In this document: positions 9,901 through 19,292 of the stretch, piece by piece | Layout of the letters: the number at the start of each line of letters is the position of its first letter | How positions within the stretch are numbered: the first letter of the stretch is position 1 | Notes under the pieces: generated by a model | Seen by the model: the letters and a program-made list of their open reading frames with translations, nothing else | Database searches by the model: none | What the model was told of the DNA's origin: nothing | Position numbers and translations under genes: made by a program | DNA from: a virus | Taxonomy: Duplodnaviria > Caudoviricetes | Virus record (IMG/VR): IMGVR_UViG_3300037067_013676 | Location: 24,535 to 88,534 of that record | Length of the DNA stretch: 64,000 nucleotides | Direction: 5' to 3' (one strand)

Positions 9901-10574
9901 TGAGTATATTCAAACAACCACAATCTACCAATTTTAGTATAGTGCTTCCTTCGCTAAGATGGGAATGGATAAGAACAGTATTAAATTCTATTTATAATAA
10001 TGCTTACTATCCAGATATGATAGATACTCATATAGCCATAAACACTGGAGAAATAAGAATAAAAACTATTCTAGAATCTTATAGGTGGAAAAATAATAAT
10101 GTTCATTTTTATGAAATAGACCCAGCTACAATGACTTTAGCTGGATTAAACTTTGTTGGCATAGTTCCTTATGTTAATCTTCTTACTAAAGAATATGCTA
10201 AAGGTAAGTATATAATGCCAATGAATGACGATGCACTGTTCACTATGAAAAATTGGGATAAGAATGCTTTAGAAAGATTACCAGATGATATAGTATTAGG
10301 TCTTACTAATGATAATATACGCCCAAAGGGATTTGACGGTAGGTCAATACCAGCATGTTCTTTCCCAATAATTTCAAGAAAAGGTATTGAGCGTTTTAGG
10401 CATTTATTTGATCCATATTTTTATCATAACATAGCAGATACACACATTTGTTCAGTTTATTATGATATTGGGAAAACCGTTGATTTAACAGATATAGTAT
10501 ATATAGCTCATAGACCAGATGAACTTTGTAATAATATACCAACAGACTATTTAACAGAAGTAGAAAAATGTTAA
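9900..10574 (+). CDS. GT2-like glycosyltransferase
   Basis: FSIVLPSLR, AKGKYIMPMNDDALF, SFPII, IADTHI. Confidence 0.75.
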   Translation: MSIFKQPQSTNFSIVLPSLRWEWIRTVLNSIYNNAYYPDMIDTHIAINTGEIRIKTILESYRWKNNNVHFYEIDPATMTLAGLNFVGIVPYVNLLTKEYAKGKYIMPMNDDALFTMKNWDKNALERLPDDIVLGLTNDNIRPKGFDGRSIPACSFPIISRKGIERFRHLFDPYFYHNIADTHICSVYYDIGKTVDLTDIVYIAHRPDELCNNIPTDYLTEVEKC

Positions 10575-11146
10575 ACAAAGATCAACTTATTAATTTTGAA
10601 GAAGAAATAGCAGAAATTTATAATCAAGGACTTATTCGTGCTCCAATACATTTGCATGTTGGTGCAGAAGAAGGATTAATAAATATATTCAAAGAACATT
10701 ATAAAGAAAATGATTGGATAGTAAGTACACATAGAGCACATTATCCATGGCTTTTATCAGGTCGTTCTCCAGAAGAACTTAAAAAACAGATATTAGAAGG
10801 TCATTCTATGCAATTATTTGATGATAAGTTTATAACATCATCTATTGTAGCTGGTGGAGCTTCTATCGCAGTTGGAATAGCTTTAGCGTTGCAAAAAGAA
10901 GAAAGTGAGAATAAAGTATTATGCTTTTTAGGTGATGCCGCAAGCGAATGTGGTATAGCTAAAGAAAGTATTAGATATTCAGAAGGACATGACTTACCAA
11001 TTTTATTTATAATTGAAAATAATGAAAAATGTGTAAATACTAATACTTATCAGTCATGGGGTACTAAAAATATTCCAAAAGTAATTAAATTTGATTATTG
11101 TAGAAAGTATCCCCACGCTGGTTGTGGTACTTACATTATGTTCTAA
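10568..11146 (+). CDS. TPP-dependent dehydrogenase E1 alpha-like subunit (minimal, 192 aa)
   Basis: APIHLHVGAE, STHRAHY, SSIVAGG..IAVGIA; TPP motif GDA...ENN. Confidence 0.85.
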   Translation: MLNKDQLINFEEEIAEIYNQGLIRAPIHLHVGAEEGLINIFKEHYKENDWIVSTHRAHYPWLLSGRSPEELKKQILEGHSMQLFDDKFITSSIVAGGASIAVGIALALQKEESENKVLCFLGDAASECGIAKESIRYSEGHDLPILFIIENNEKCVNTNTYQSWGTKNIPKVIKFDYCRKYPHAGCGTYIMF

Positions 11147-12555
11147 TGAAAATTTTATTTGTAATACAACAATTAGATTTTGCTGATCATATAGCAATTT
11201 CATATTTATCAGCAGTAGCTAAAGAATTAGGTCATAATACCTATTTTTGTTCTTTAAGAAGTAACAGTATTGAAAAAATGGTAGATAATATTAAACCAGA
11301 TGTTTTAGCTTATTCTGCTAATATTATGGGATTTGAAGAGTTGGTGGAAGCTAATAAAAAAGCCCAATCTATTCATAAATGTTTTAGTGTTATGGGCGGT
11401 CCACAAGTTACATTTTCTCCAGAAACTTATAAAGAAAGTGGAATAGATGTTTTTGTAATGGGTGAAGGTGAAGGTGCTTTTAGAGATTTATTAGAACGAT
11501 TAAAAGAAGGAAAAAATTATGATGAAGTAGAAAATCTTATTACTCCTAAAGGTATTAATCCTTTGAGAAATTTAATTAGTAATTTAGATGAAATTCCATT
11601 TCCTGATAGAGATTTAGTTTTATCTAATTCTTGGTTAAAGAATATTCCTAAAAAGACATTTTATTCTACTAGAGGATGTTTCTTTAAATGTAATTATTGT
11701 TGTAATGTTAAGTATCATGAACTTTATAAAGATAAAGGACAATTATTTAGACGATTTTCTGTTGAAAGAGTAATTAAAGAAATAGAGTATGTTCAACAAA
11801 GATATAAAATGGATTTTGTTAAAATGGGGGATGATTTATTTGCTATGAAAGCAGATGATTGGTTAATAGAATTTAGTGAAAAATATTCTAAAAGAATAGG
11901 AAAACCTTTTAATTGTTATTTACGTTTTGATAGAATAGATGATGAAGTTTTAAAGTTGCTTAAAAAAGCTGGATGTTATTCTGTTAATTTATCAGTAGAT
12001 AGTTTATCTCAACATGTTAGAGAAAAAGTGTTAAATAGAAGTATGAGAAAAGTAGATATTGAAACTGAATTAAAAAGAATTAATAGATATGATATAAATA
12101 CTTTTGTAAATTTTATGTTAGCCATACCAGAATCTACTTTAGAAGACGATTTAAATACTATAGATGTAGCTAGAAAAGCAAAAATAACTTATGTTAATTA
12201 TACTACTACAGAACCAATGAAAGGAACTAAACTTTATGATTATTGTTTAGAAAAAGGATATATAGATAAAAATACATTTGTAGGAGATATGACTCATATG
12301 TTTCAAAAATCCCCTCTTTCCTGTTTTAGTGAAAAAGAAAAGAATATTAGATATAATATTTATGCTCTTGGTTGTTTAGTATCTAAACTACCTAAATTTT
12401 TACAGGATTTTGGAATGTGGATTATAAAAACCATACCTGCAAATAGATTATTTGGATTTATTAGACAATGTGTATATAACTATCATATAGAAAATAAGAT
12501 TTTTAATTTTTCTAAAAAAGATAAAGAAATAAAAAATGAGAAGCCAGTATCATAA
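11146..12555 (+). CDS. cobalamin-binding radical SAM enzyme
   Basis: VMGGPQVTF, GEGEGA, FPDRDL, TRGCFFKCNYC, GDDLF; start at 11146 from the TAATG overlap. Confidence 0.9.
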   Translation: MKILFVIQQLDFADHIAISYLSAVAKELGHNTYFCSLRSNSIEKMVDNIKPDVLAYSANIMGFEELVEANKKAQSIHKCFSVMGGPQVTFSPETYKESGIDVFVMGEGEGAFRDLLERLKEGKNYDEVENLITPKGINPLRNLISNLDEIPFPDRDLVLSNSWLKNIPKKTFYSTRGCFFKCNYCCNVKYHELYKDKGQLFRRFSVERVIKEIEYVQQRYKMDFVKMGDDLFAMKADDWLIEFSEKYSKRIGKPFNCYLRFDRIDDEVLKLLKKAGCYSVNLSVDSLSQHVREKVLNRSMRKVDIETELKRINRYDINTFVNFMLAIPESTLEDDLNTIDVARKAKITYVNYTTTEPMKGTKLYDYCLEKGYIDKNTFVGDMTHMFQKSPLSCFSEKEKNIRYNIYALGCLVSKLPKFLQDFGMWIIKTIPANRLFGFIRQCVYNYHIENKIFNFSKKDKEIKNEKPVS

Positions 12556-13066
12556 AATAATTAAAGAAAGAATGAATAATTTAGCACTATTGCCTAATTC
12601 TATTTTTATTGGGCAACAGGTCATGGCACCAGAAAATTTTTATGGAACTTTAGTAGATGTTCCAATAGAAAAAAGATTAGAGTTACCAGTTTGTGAAGAG
12701 TTACAGTTAGGTTTAAGTTTAGGTCTATCGTTAAAAGGTTATTTTCCTATTAGTATAATACAGAGATGTGATTTTTTACCAAGATGTTTAGATCAAATTG
12801 TAAATCATTTGAATCTAATGGAAGAATGTTCTCGTAAACGATACGTCCCCCGTATTTTACTTAGAACAACAATAGGAAGTAAAGTTCCATTAAACGTTGG
12901 ACCTCAGCATTCGCAAAATCTTGTGGAATTAATGAAAATAGCTTGTAAATTTCCAGTTTTTTTAGTAGAAACAGTAAAAGAAGTAAATGAAGCATATGAT
13001 TTTGCAATAAAATCAACTAAGTCAACTTTAATTATAGAAAGGCAAGCACTTTATGAAACAATTTAG
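12536..13066 (+). CDS. TPP-dependent E1 beta / transketolase pyrimidine-binding-like subunit (minimal, 176 aa)
   Basis: IFIGQQV, ELPVCEELQLGLSLGLSL.G..PI, LDQIVNH, GPQHSQ. Confidence 0.85.
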   Translation: MRSQYHKIIKERMNNLALLPNSIFIGQQVMAPENFYGTLVDVPIEKRLELPVCEELQLGLSLGLSLKGYFPISIIQRCDFLPRCLDQIVNHLNLMEECSRKRYVPRILLRTTIGSKVPLNVGPQHSQNLVELMKIACKFPVFLVETVKEVNEAYDFAIKSTKSTLIIERQALYETI

Positions 13067-13823
13067 TATTTTGATTACAACAAGACAAAGAGTTGAAATG
13101 CTTCATAATTTATTAGCAAGCATTTATAGAACTACTTCTAATAAAAATGGAGTAGAGATTAGAGTCATTTATGATAATGATGATATTATTACTGATAATT
13201 ATGTTAAACATAAATTTCATATAGAATTTGGAAACCCGCCAAAAATAGAAACTTTTTTTCATATTAGAAAACGATCTCCAAATTTAGTCAACGATTATCA
13301 TAATTGGTGTTCTAGAAAGTTTGCTCAAGGTAAATATATAATATTTTCTAATGACGATGCTCTTTTTGAAATGGATAGGTGGGATGTATTAACTGAAACC
13401 AAACTACTCGAATTTGAAAAAATTCGCCCAGATGGAATTCTTTATGGTATGCCACAGGATTTTGAATATGCTCCCGCTAGAAATGAAAATAATTGGATGG
13501 CATGCTTTCCTCTAATTTCTAAAAAAGTAGTTGAAATATTGGGATTTGCATTTGATCCTTCTTTTCAAAGAGATGGTGCAGATTGGGCTATGGCAAAAAC
13601 ATTTCAACTTATAGATAGAGTAGTTGATTTAAGAGATACTGTTGTGATTAAACATTTGTCTTTTAGATCTGGTAGAAGGAAAAAAGATGATTTAGATTTG
13701 TATGCTCTTAGCTTGGGATTTAGTAATCCACCTATAGAAATATCAGCAAGAAAAAATGCAGAAATACTACAAAGTTATATAAATAAATATAATCAAGTCG
13801 AAAGAATCTTAAAAGGATTATAA
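13053..13823 (+). CDS. GT2-like glycosyltransferase
   Basis: FSILITTRQR, AQGKYIIFSNDDALF, CFPLIS, GADWA, IKHLS. Confidence 0.78.
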   Translation: MKQFSILITTRQRVEMLHNLLASIYRTTSNKNGVEIRVIYDNDDIITDNYVKHKFHIEFGNPPKIETFFHIRKRSPNLVNDYHNWCSRKFAQGKYIIFSNDDALFEMDRWDVLTETKLLEFEKIRPDGILYGMPQDFEYAPARNENNWMACFPLISKKVVEILGFAFDPSFQRDGADWAMAKTFQLIDRVVDLRDTVVIKHLSFRSGRRKKDDLDLYALSLGFSNPPIEISARKNAEILQSYINKYNQVERILKGL

Positions 13824-13824
13824 A

Positions 13825-14634
13825 ATGGATATACAATTTTCATTAATTTGCCCAAGTATTCGCCCACAGTTTTGGAATGAGATATGTAGTTCTTTGTTAG
13901 ATAATAAGTTAAATTGGGAAATTCTATTTATTGGACCACTAAAACCACTTGAATCTTTACCACCACAAGCAAAATATATATATTCACCAACAAAACCAAG
14001 TCAATGCACACACATAGGATTTATGGAATCCAAAGGAGAATATGTTTCAATTACAGCAGATGATGCGGTTTATTTTTCTCCTAACCATAAAGGTGCTCTA
14101 GATAATATGTATAATTTTATTAAGAATTTTCCTAAAGCAGAAATTCATAAACCTTCAGGCAAACCTTTTTACAATAAAAATAAAATAGCATATGGATTTA
14201 GAATGTTTGAAGACCAATTTTGTGCAGAAACTTCGCATACACATTTTTTAACTAACGATGGTAAATCTCCACAATTATTTCCATTTTTTGTTATTGCTAA
14301 TGGGGTATATCAAGAGTTAGGTGGATATGATAATAGATTTATAACTGGGCAAGCTGAAAATGACTTATTATTCAGAATTTCGGTAGCTTATGGTTCAACA
14401 AAAAATAGTTTGTGCCCAACAGCTATGGTTTGGGCATTACATGATAAACATGGAAATAGTGGAAGTTTTAGGAAATATCATTCACAAGATTTTGGATTAT
14501 TAAAAACCTTATGGATTGCTAATGGTTCAAGTGAGAATTTATTTTCTATAACTAGAAATGATACCAGAATTTTTTCTTATATTAATGACGATACATTGTA
14601 TATAAAAAGCCAAGGTGAGGTTGGAGAGTGGTAG
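13825..14634 (+). CDS. GT2-like glycosyltransferase
   Basis: LICPSIRPQ, GEYVSITADDA, LGGYDNRFITGQAEND. Confidence 0.8.
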   Translation: MDIQFSLICPSIRPQFWNEICSSLLDNKLNWEILFIGPLKPLESLPPQAKYIYSPTKPSQCTHIGFMESKGEYVSITADDAVYFSPNHKGALDNMYNFIKNFPKAEIHKPSGKPFYNKNKIAYGFRMFEDQFCAETSHTHFLTNDGKSPQLFPFFVIANGVYQELGGYDNRFITGQAENDLLFRISVAYGSTKNSLCPTAMVWALHDKHGNSGSFRKYHSQDFGLLKTLWIANGSSENLFSITRNDTRIFSYINDDTLYIKSQGEVGEW

Positions 14635-15362
14635 ATTTAACTAATAAAACTATTTGTGTTCTTTTGCATGGTAGTTCTCTAAATGAGTTGGAATCCAAAA
14701 TAGAAGAATTTAGAAATATAAATGTAGTTTGGTGTGGAATTAACTATTTTAATCCAAGCGAAGAAATACTTAAAAAAATAGACAAATCTTTTAATATAAT
14801 ATTTGATTGTTCTACAGTTCAAAACAATGTTGAATATGAAAAAAAAGCCAGACTACCAAGATTAATAGAATTTTTAGAAAGAAAAAACACTACTTACATC
14901 ACACTTAAATCTGGCAGAGATAATCTTTATGATTTAAGAAATAGAATAGGAAGTGATTTTAATGAAAAATACAAAAATCAAATTGTTTATGGAGAAAATC
15001 TTGGATTTGACTGTAATCAGTTTTGTGTTAGTTTACACTTATACCTTACTTGTTTGCTTAAATTAGGTGCCAAAACCATCATTTTATTTGGGGCTGATGG
15101 TGGTGGTAATCTTGGCAATTCTGTATCTTCTTATTATAAACCAGAACTAATGCAAGAAGATAAAGTAATAGCTGGCAACACAAGTTATAATATGACGGGG
15201 GATACCTGCAATGTAAATAATTCGTTTAATTCTATAATGCAATCTATTTTTGGACAGATTCCTACAATACTTAATTGTAGCCCAAATTCACAATATACTG
15301 TATTTAAAAATGTTAATTTTAACCAAGTATTAAAGGAGATAAAAAATGGTGCCAATTATTAA
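14628..15362 (+). CDS. second Maf/DUF115-like putative glycosyltransferase
   Basis: CVLLHGSSL, WCGINYF, LLKLGAKTIILFGADG, ILNCSPNS; GTG start. Confidence 0.55.
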   Translation: MVDLTNKTICVLLHGSSLNELESKIEEFRNINVVWCGINYFNPSEEILKKIDKSFNIIFDCSTVQNNVEYEKKARLPRLIEFLERKNTTYITLKSGRDNLYDLRNRIGSDFNEKYKNQIVYGENLGFDCNQFCVSLHLYLTCLLKLGAKTIILFGADGGGNLGNSVSSYYKPELMQEDKVIAGNTSYNMTGDTCNVNNSFNSIMQSIFGQIPTILNCSPNSQYTVFKNVNFNQVLKEIKNGANY

Positions 15363-15492
15363 AAAAGAAAAAGATAAAATACTTTGTTTCGAATGTGATG
15401 GCGAAGGAACTATAACTAAAGAAGATGGTTCTATAGTGCCGTGTATAGAATGCAAAGGAACTGGTTATCTGACAATAATTAAAACTAAATAA
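15346..15492 (+). CDS. 48-aa DnaJ-type zinc-finger miniprotein (not in ORF track)
   Basis: SD AAGGAG then MVPIIKKEKDKILCFECDGEGTITKEDGSIVPCIECKGTGYLTIIKTK*; two CxxCxGxG motifs; TAATG overlap with the next gene. Confidence 0.8.
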   Translation: MVPIIKKEKDKILCFECDGEGTITKEDGSIVPCIECKGTGYLTIIKTK

Positions 15493-16838
15493 TGAAAATC
15501 TTATTATGTGTTTTAAGTAATTCTAATTTTATACACTACATACCTCTCGGCGTAGCTTATATCGCTAGTGTTTTAAGAAATAATAGTCACGAAGTTATTA
15601 TTTATTCTCAAGATATTCATCACTATCCAGAAGAACATCTAACCAAATATCTTGATAAAAACAAATTTGATGTAGTTGGCATTGGGGCAATTTCTGGGTA
15701 TTTCCCTTATAGAAAATTATTGAAAGCATCAGAATCTATAAATAAGAGTATAAATAGACCTTTTTTTATTTTAGGTGGTCATATGCCTTCTGCTGACCCA
15801 CAATACTTTTTAAGAAAAACTGGTGCAAACTGTGTAATACGTGGAGAAGCAGAATTATCTTTTGTTGAAATATTAAATATGATTAGTAGAAAAGAAGAAG
15901 TACCTAAAGTAGTGGAAGGAAAATTAGTTAACGATTTAGACTACTTACCATTTCCAGCGTATGATATGTTTCTAATGGAGTATTATAGATTACAAAGGTA
16001 TCCCCACATAGAAAATAATGAGTTTTCAATGTCAATGTTAAGTGGTAGGGGATGCTGGGGAAGATGCGTTTTTTGCCAAAGATTAACACCAAATATCAGA
16101 TTAAGAGGAGTTAATAGTATAGTAGAAGAAATTAAACTACTTAAAAAGAATTATAGTATCTCTTATATAGATTTTGCTGATGACTTAACTTTTGCATCAA
16201 AACAAAGAACTGCCGAATTATGTGAATCATTTATTAAGAATAATTTGAATATAAAATGGAGATGTGAGGGTAGATTAAATTTTATAGATTCAGATATACT
16301 TAAATTAATTAGAAAAGCTGGATGTGTTTTTATTAATTATGGTATAGAATCTTTAGATGATGAAGTATTAAAAAATATGAAGAAAGATTTAACAGTTTCT
16401 CAAATAATAAATGGTGTAGAAGCTACTTTAAAAGAAGGTATTAGCCCAGGACTTAATGTTATTTTCGGCAACATTGGAGATAATAAAGAAACTCTTAAAA
16501 AAGCAGTGGATTTCTTATTAAAATATGATGATGGAGCACAAGTAAGAACAATACATCCTGTCATTCCGTTTCCTGGCACGGAACTATTCGAAACTGCCAA
16601 AGAAAAAGGTTTATTAAAAGATACTGAAGATTTTTATGAACACAAGCACACAAACAGCGATTTGTTGACAGTTAATTTTACAGAATTAACAGATGAAGAA
16701 TTTTATAAAGAATTATATAAAGCTAACTTTCAACTTCTATGTAATTATAATAAAAATAGATTATATGATTATGAAAAACAATTAAAAGAAATATATTTAG
16801 AAAAAAACACTAACTTTCGGGGGTTCGGGCATAAATGA
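15492..16838 (+). CDS. cobalamin-binding radical SAM enzyme
   Basis: PLGVAYIAS, ILGGHMPS, IRGEAE, LPFPAYD, GRGCWGRCVFC, FADD, YGIES, PFPGTEL. Confidence 0.92.
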   Translation: MKILLCVLSNSNFIHYIPLGVAYIASVLRNNSHEVIIYSQDIHHYPEEHLTKYLDKNKFDVVGIGAISGYFPYRKLLKASESINKSINRPFFILGGHMPSADPQYFLRKTGANCVIRGEAELSFVEILNMISRKEEVPKVVEGKLVNDLDYLPFPAYDMFLMEYYRLQRYPHIENNEFSMSMLSGRGCWGRCVFCQRLTPNIRLRGVNSIVEEIKLLKKNYSISYIDFADDLTFASKQRTAELCESFIKNNLNIKWRCEGRLNFIDSDILKLIRKAGCVFINYGIESLDDEVLKNMKKDLTVSQIINGVEATLKEGISPGLNVIFGNIGDNKETLKKAVDFLLKYDDGAQVRTIHPVIPFPGTELFETAKEKGLLKDTEDFYEHKHTNSDLLTVNFTELTDEEFYKELYKANFQLLCNYNKNRLYDYEKQLKEIYLEKNTNFRGFGHK

Positions 16839-17689
16839 ACTGTTCAAATTGTGGTGAAAGTCTGCATAAATCAAAAGTAATAGCTAAACAAAATGATATT
16901 AGATTTAATTGCTACAATACTAAAAAAAGAATAGTTCAATGTTCTAAATGCGAATTAGTTCAACTTATTCCACAGTGGTCAGATAAAGAGTTAGATAAAA
17001 TTTACACTACATATAATCAAAAACCTGATTTTATAGGGCAAAAAAATATATCTAAAAGAATAAGTAAATGGATTAAAAAATACTTAGTAAAGGTGGGGCA
17101 AAATTTGGAAGTTGGATGTGGCAATGGTGATACTGTAAAATATTTTAAAACTAAAATGTATAATATAATGGGCATAGATAAAGATAAATCTGTAGAAAAA
17201 TGTTATGAGGGAATATATAATTATGATATTTACGATAAAAAATTTGATAAAGACTTGTATCATGCTAAATTTTATTTTATCTATGGATTACATATATTAG
17301 AACATATGAAAAACCCGATAAAATTTATTGAAAGATTAAAAGAATTGTTATTCTCCGAAGGAACTATACTATTAGAATTTCCAAATTTGGAAGATCCATT
17401 ACTAACCATATATAAATCAAAAGAGTTTGAAAAGTTTTATTATAGACCAGACCATCATTTCTTCTACACACCAAAAACAATAATGGATTTATTGTATAGA
17501 AATAAAGTAGTTAACTGTCAAATAAAAAGAACTCAAACTTATAGTATAGTAAACCATTTAAATTGGTTAATTAGAAAAAAACCAACCAATCTTAAAATAA
17601 ATTTACCTATAATTGATTTTCTATATAAGTGGTGTTTAGTTCATATATTTAAAAAATCTGATACAATACTCTTAATAATTAAAAAATGA
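16835..17689 (+). CDS. class I SAM-dependent methyltransferase with N-terminal Zn ribbon
   Basis: CSNC...CSKC, LEVGCGNG, HILEHMKNP, H.FFYT. Confidence 0.88.
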   Translation: MNCSNCGESLHKSKVIAKQNDIRFNCYNTKKRIVQCSKCELVQLIPQWSDKELDKIYTTYNQKPDFIGQKNISKRISKWIKKYLVKVGQNLEVGCGNGDTVKYFKTKMYNIMGIDKDKSVEKCYEGIYNYDIYDKKFDKDLYHAKFYFIYGLHILEHMKNPIKFIERLKELLFSEGTILLEFPNLEDPLLTIYKSKEFEKFYYRPDHHFFYTPKTIMDLLYRNKVVNCQIKRTQTYSIVNHLNWLIRKKPTNLKINLPIIDFLYKWCLVHIFKKSDTILLIIKK

Positions 17690-18468
17690 GAAAAAAATAT
17701 AAATGTATAGAAAAAGATTGTAAAAATGAAGTTTCTGGCAAAAATAGAAGATGCAGACATCACGCACTAATATTGAGACATAAGTTAACAAATTTTGCTT
17801 TAAAACATGGCAGATATTCCAAAAATTTTAAACCAATTTACTATTGTATAGATGGATGTGGAGCAAAAGTAAGTGAAGAAGGAAATAGATGTTATTCTTG
17901 TTCTAAACTTGGTAACAAAAATCCTCAATTTATAGATGGCAGAACAAATAAAGTATATTATTGTTTAGTAAAAGGATGTAATACTATTGTAAAATCATAT
18001 GGGAAAAAATGTAGGCATCATGCTCAATCAGGGAGAAAAGTTTCAGATAAAACTAAGAAAAAACAAAGTATATCTATGAAAAAAGCTGGTTTTACTCATA
18101 ATAAAGAAATTTGTTCTTGTTTTATTTGCAAAGCTTATAGAGGTGAAACTAAAGGTGAAAACGCAAGCAATTGGATGGATGGAAGAAGTTTTGAAGACTA
18201 TCCAAAAGAATTTAATGCAGAACTTAGAGATAAAATAAGAAAACGTGATGATTATATTTGTCAAAATTGTGGTATGACAGAAGAAGAACATATAATAGTT
18301 TTGGGTTATAATTTGACTATTCATCATATAGATTATAATAAAAATAATAATAAAGAAAGTAATTTAATTACTACCTGTAGTAGTTGTAATTGTAGAGCCA
18401 ATTATAATAGAAATTATTGGAAAGAATATTATCAAAAGAAAATGGAGAAAAAATGCATACAACAATAA
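17686..18468 (+). CDS. free-standing HNH homing endonuclease (family A)
   Basis: RDDYICQNCG...LTIHHIDYNK...NLITTCSSCN; Cys-rich N-terminal repeats. Confidence 0.85.
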   Translation: MRKKYKCIEKDCKNEVSGKNRRCRHHALILRHKLTNFALKHGRYSKNFKPIYYCIDGCGAKVSEEGNRCYSCSKLGNKNPQFIDGRTNKVYYCLVKGCNTIVKSYGKKCRHHAQSGRKVSDKTKKKQSISMKKAGFTHNKEICSCFICKAYRGETKGENASNWMDGRSFEDYPKEFNAELRDKIRKRDDYICQNCGMTEEEHIIVLGYNLTIHHIDYNKNNNKESNLITTCSSCNCRANYNRNYWKEYYQKKMEKKCIQQ

Positions 18469-19292
18469 TTGCAGAAGCAGGTATAAATCATCTTGGGAGT
18501 ATAGATTTATGCATGCAGTTAATTGATGGAGCTGTTTTTGGTGGAGCAGATATTTTTAAATTACAAAAAAGAGATATTAATTCTACTTATACTAAAGAAG
18601 AGTTGAATAAATATAGAGAATCTCCCTTTGGATTGTTGAATCGTGATTTAAAAAAACAATTAGAATTTAATGAAAAAGAATATGATATTATTAAAAAATA
18701 CTGCGATTCTAAAAATATTGAATTAATGGTTTCGGCTTGGGACTTGGCAAGTCAAAATTTTCTCAAAAAATATAATTGCAAGTATAACAAAGTAGCTTCT
18801 GCTAGATTAGGTCATAAAAAACTATTGGAAGAAATAGCCAAAGAAGGTAAATATACGTTCATTTCTACTGGTATGGCAACGATTGACGAAATTGGGGAAG
18901 CTATAAAAATATTTAATAATTTCGGATGCCCATTTGAGTTAATGGCTTGTAATAGTAGCTATCCTTGCCCAGATGAAGATTTGAATTTATTAACTATTAA
19001 AACTTTAAGAGATACTTTTGGGTGTAAAGTTGGGTTCAGTAGTCATTCGCCTGGGATTATTCCTTGTGTATTAGCTGTGGCTTTAGGTGCTACTTCTATA
19101 GAAGCCCATCTGACGACGAATAGAACTCTTTATGGTAGTGACCAAGCTTCTTCAATTGAAATTCACGGATTTAAAAGAATGGTTGATTATGTAAGGGATG
19201 CTGAACTGCAATTGGGCGATGGTATTAAAGTAATAACTGAAACAGAGAAAAAGATAAGAGAAAAACTCTACAGGACTGAAGATATACAATGA
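18453..19292 (+). CDS. neuB: N-acetylneuraminate/nonulosonate synthase family (NeuB/SpsE), lacking C-terminal SAF domain
   Basis: IIAEAGINHLG, GADIFKLQ, YNKVASA, ISTGM, CNSSYP, VGFSSH, IEAHLT; ATG 18453 after GGAG; 279 aa. Confidence 0.9.
   Translation: MHTTIIAEAGINHLGSIDLCMQLIDGAVFGGADIFKLQKRDINSTYTKEELNKYRESPFGLLNRDLKKQLEFNEKEYDIIKKYCDSKNIELMVSAWDLASQNFLKKYNCKYNKVASARLGHKKLLEEIAKEGKYTFISTGMATIDEIGEAIKIFNNFGCPFELMACNSSYPCPDEDLNLLTIKTLRDTFGCKVGFSSHSPGIIPCVLAVALGATSIEAHLTTNRTLYGSDQASSIEIHGFKRMVDYVRDAELQLGDGIKVITETEKKIREKLYRTEDIQ

Noticed and set aside
10568-13066. Pyruvate dehydrogenase as a central-metabolism auxiliary gene
   Set aside because: Both subunits are truncated, E2 and E3 are absent, and the context is entirely glycan tailoring.
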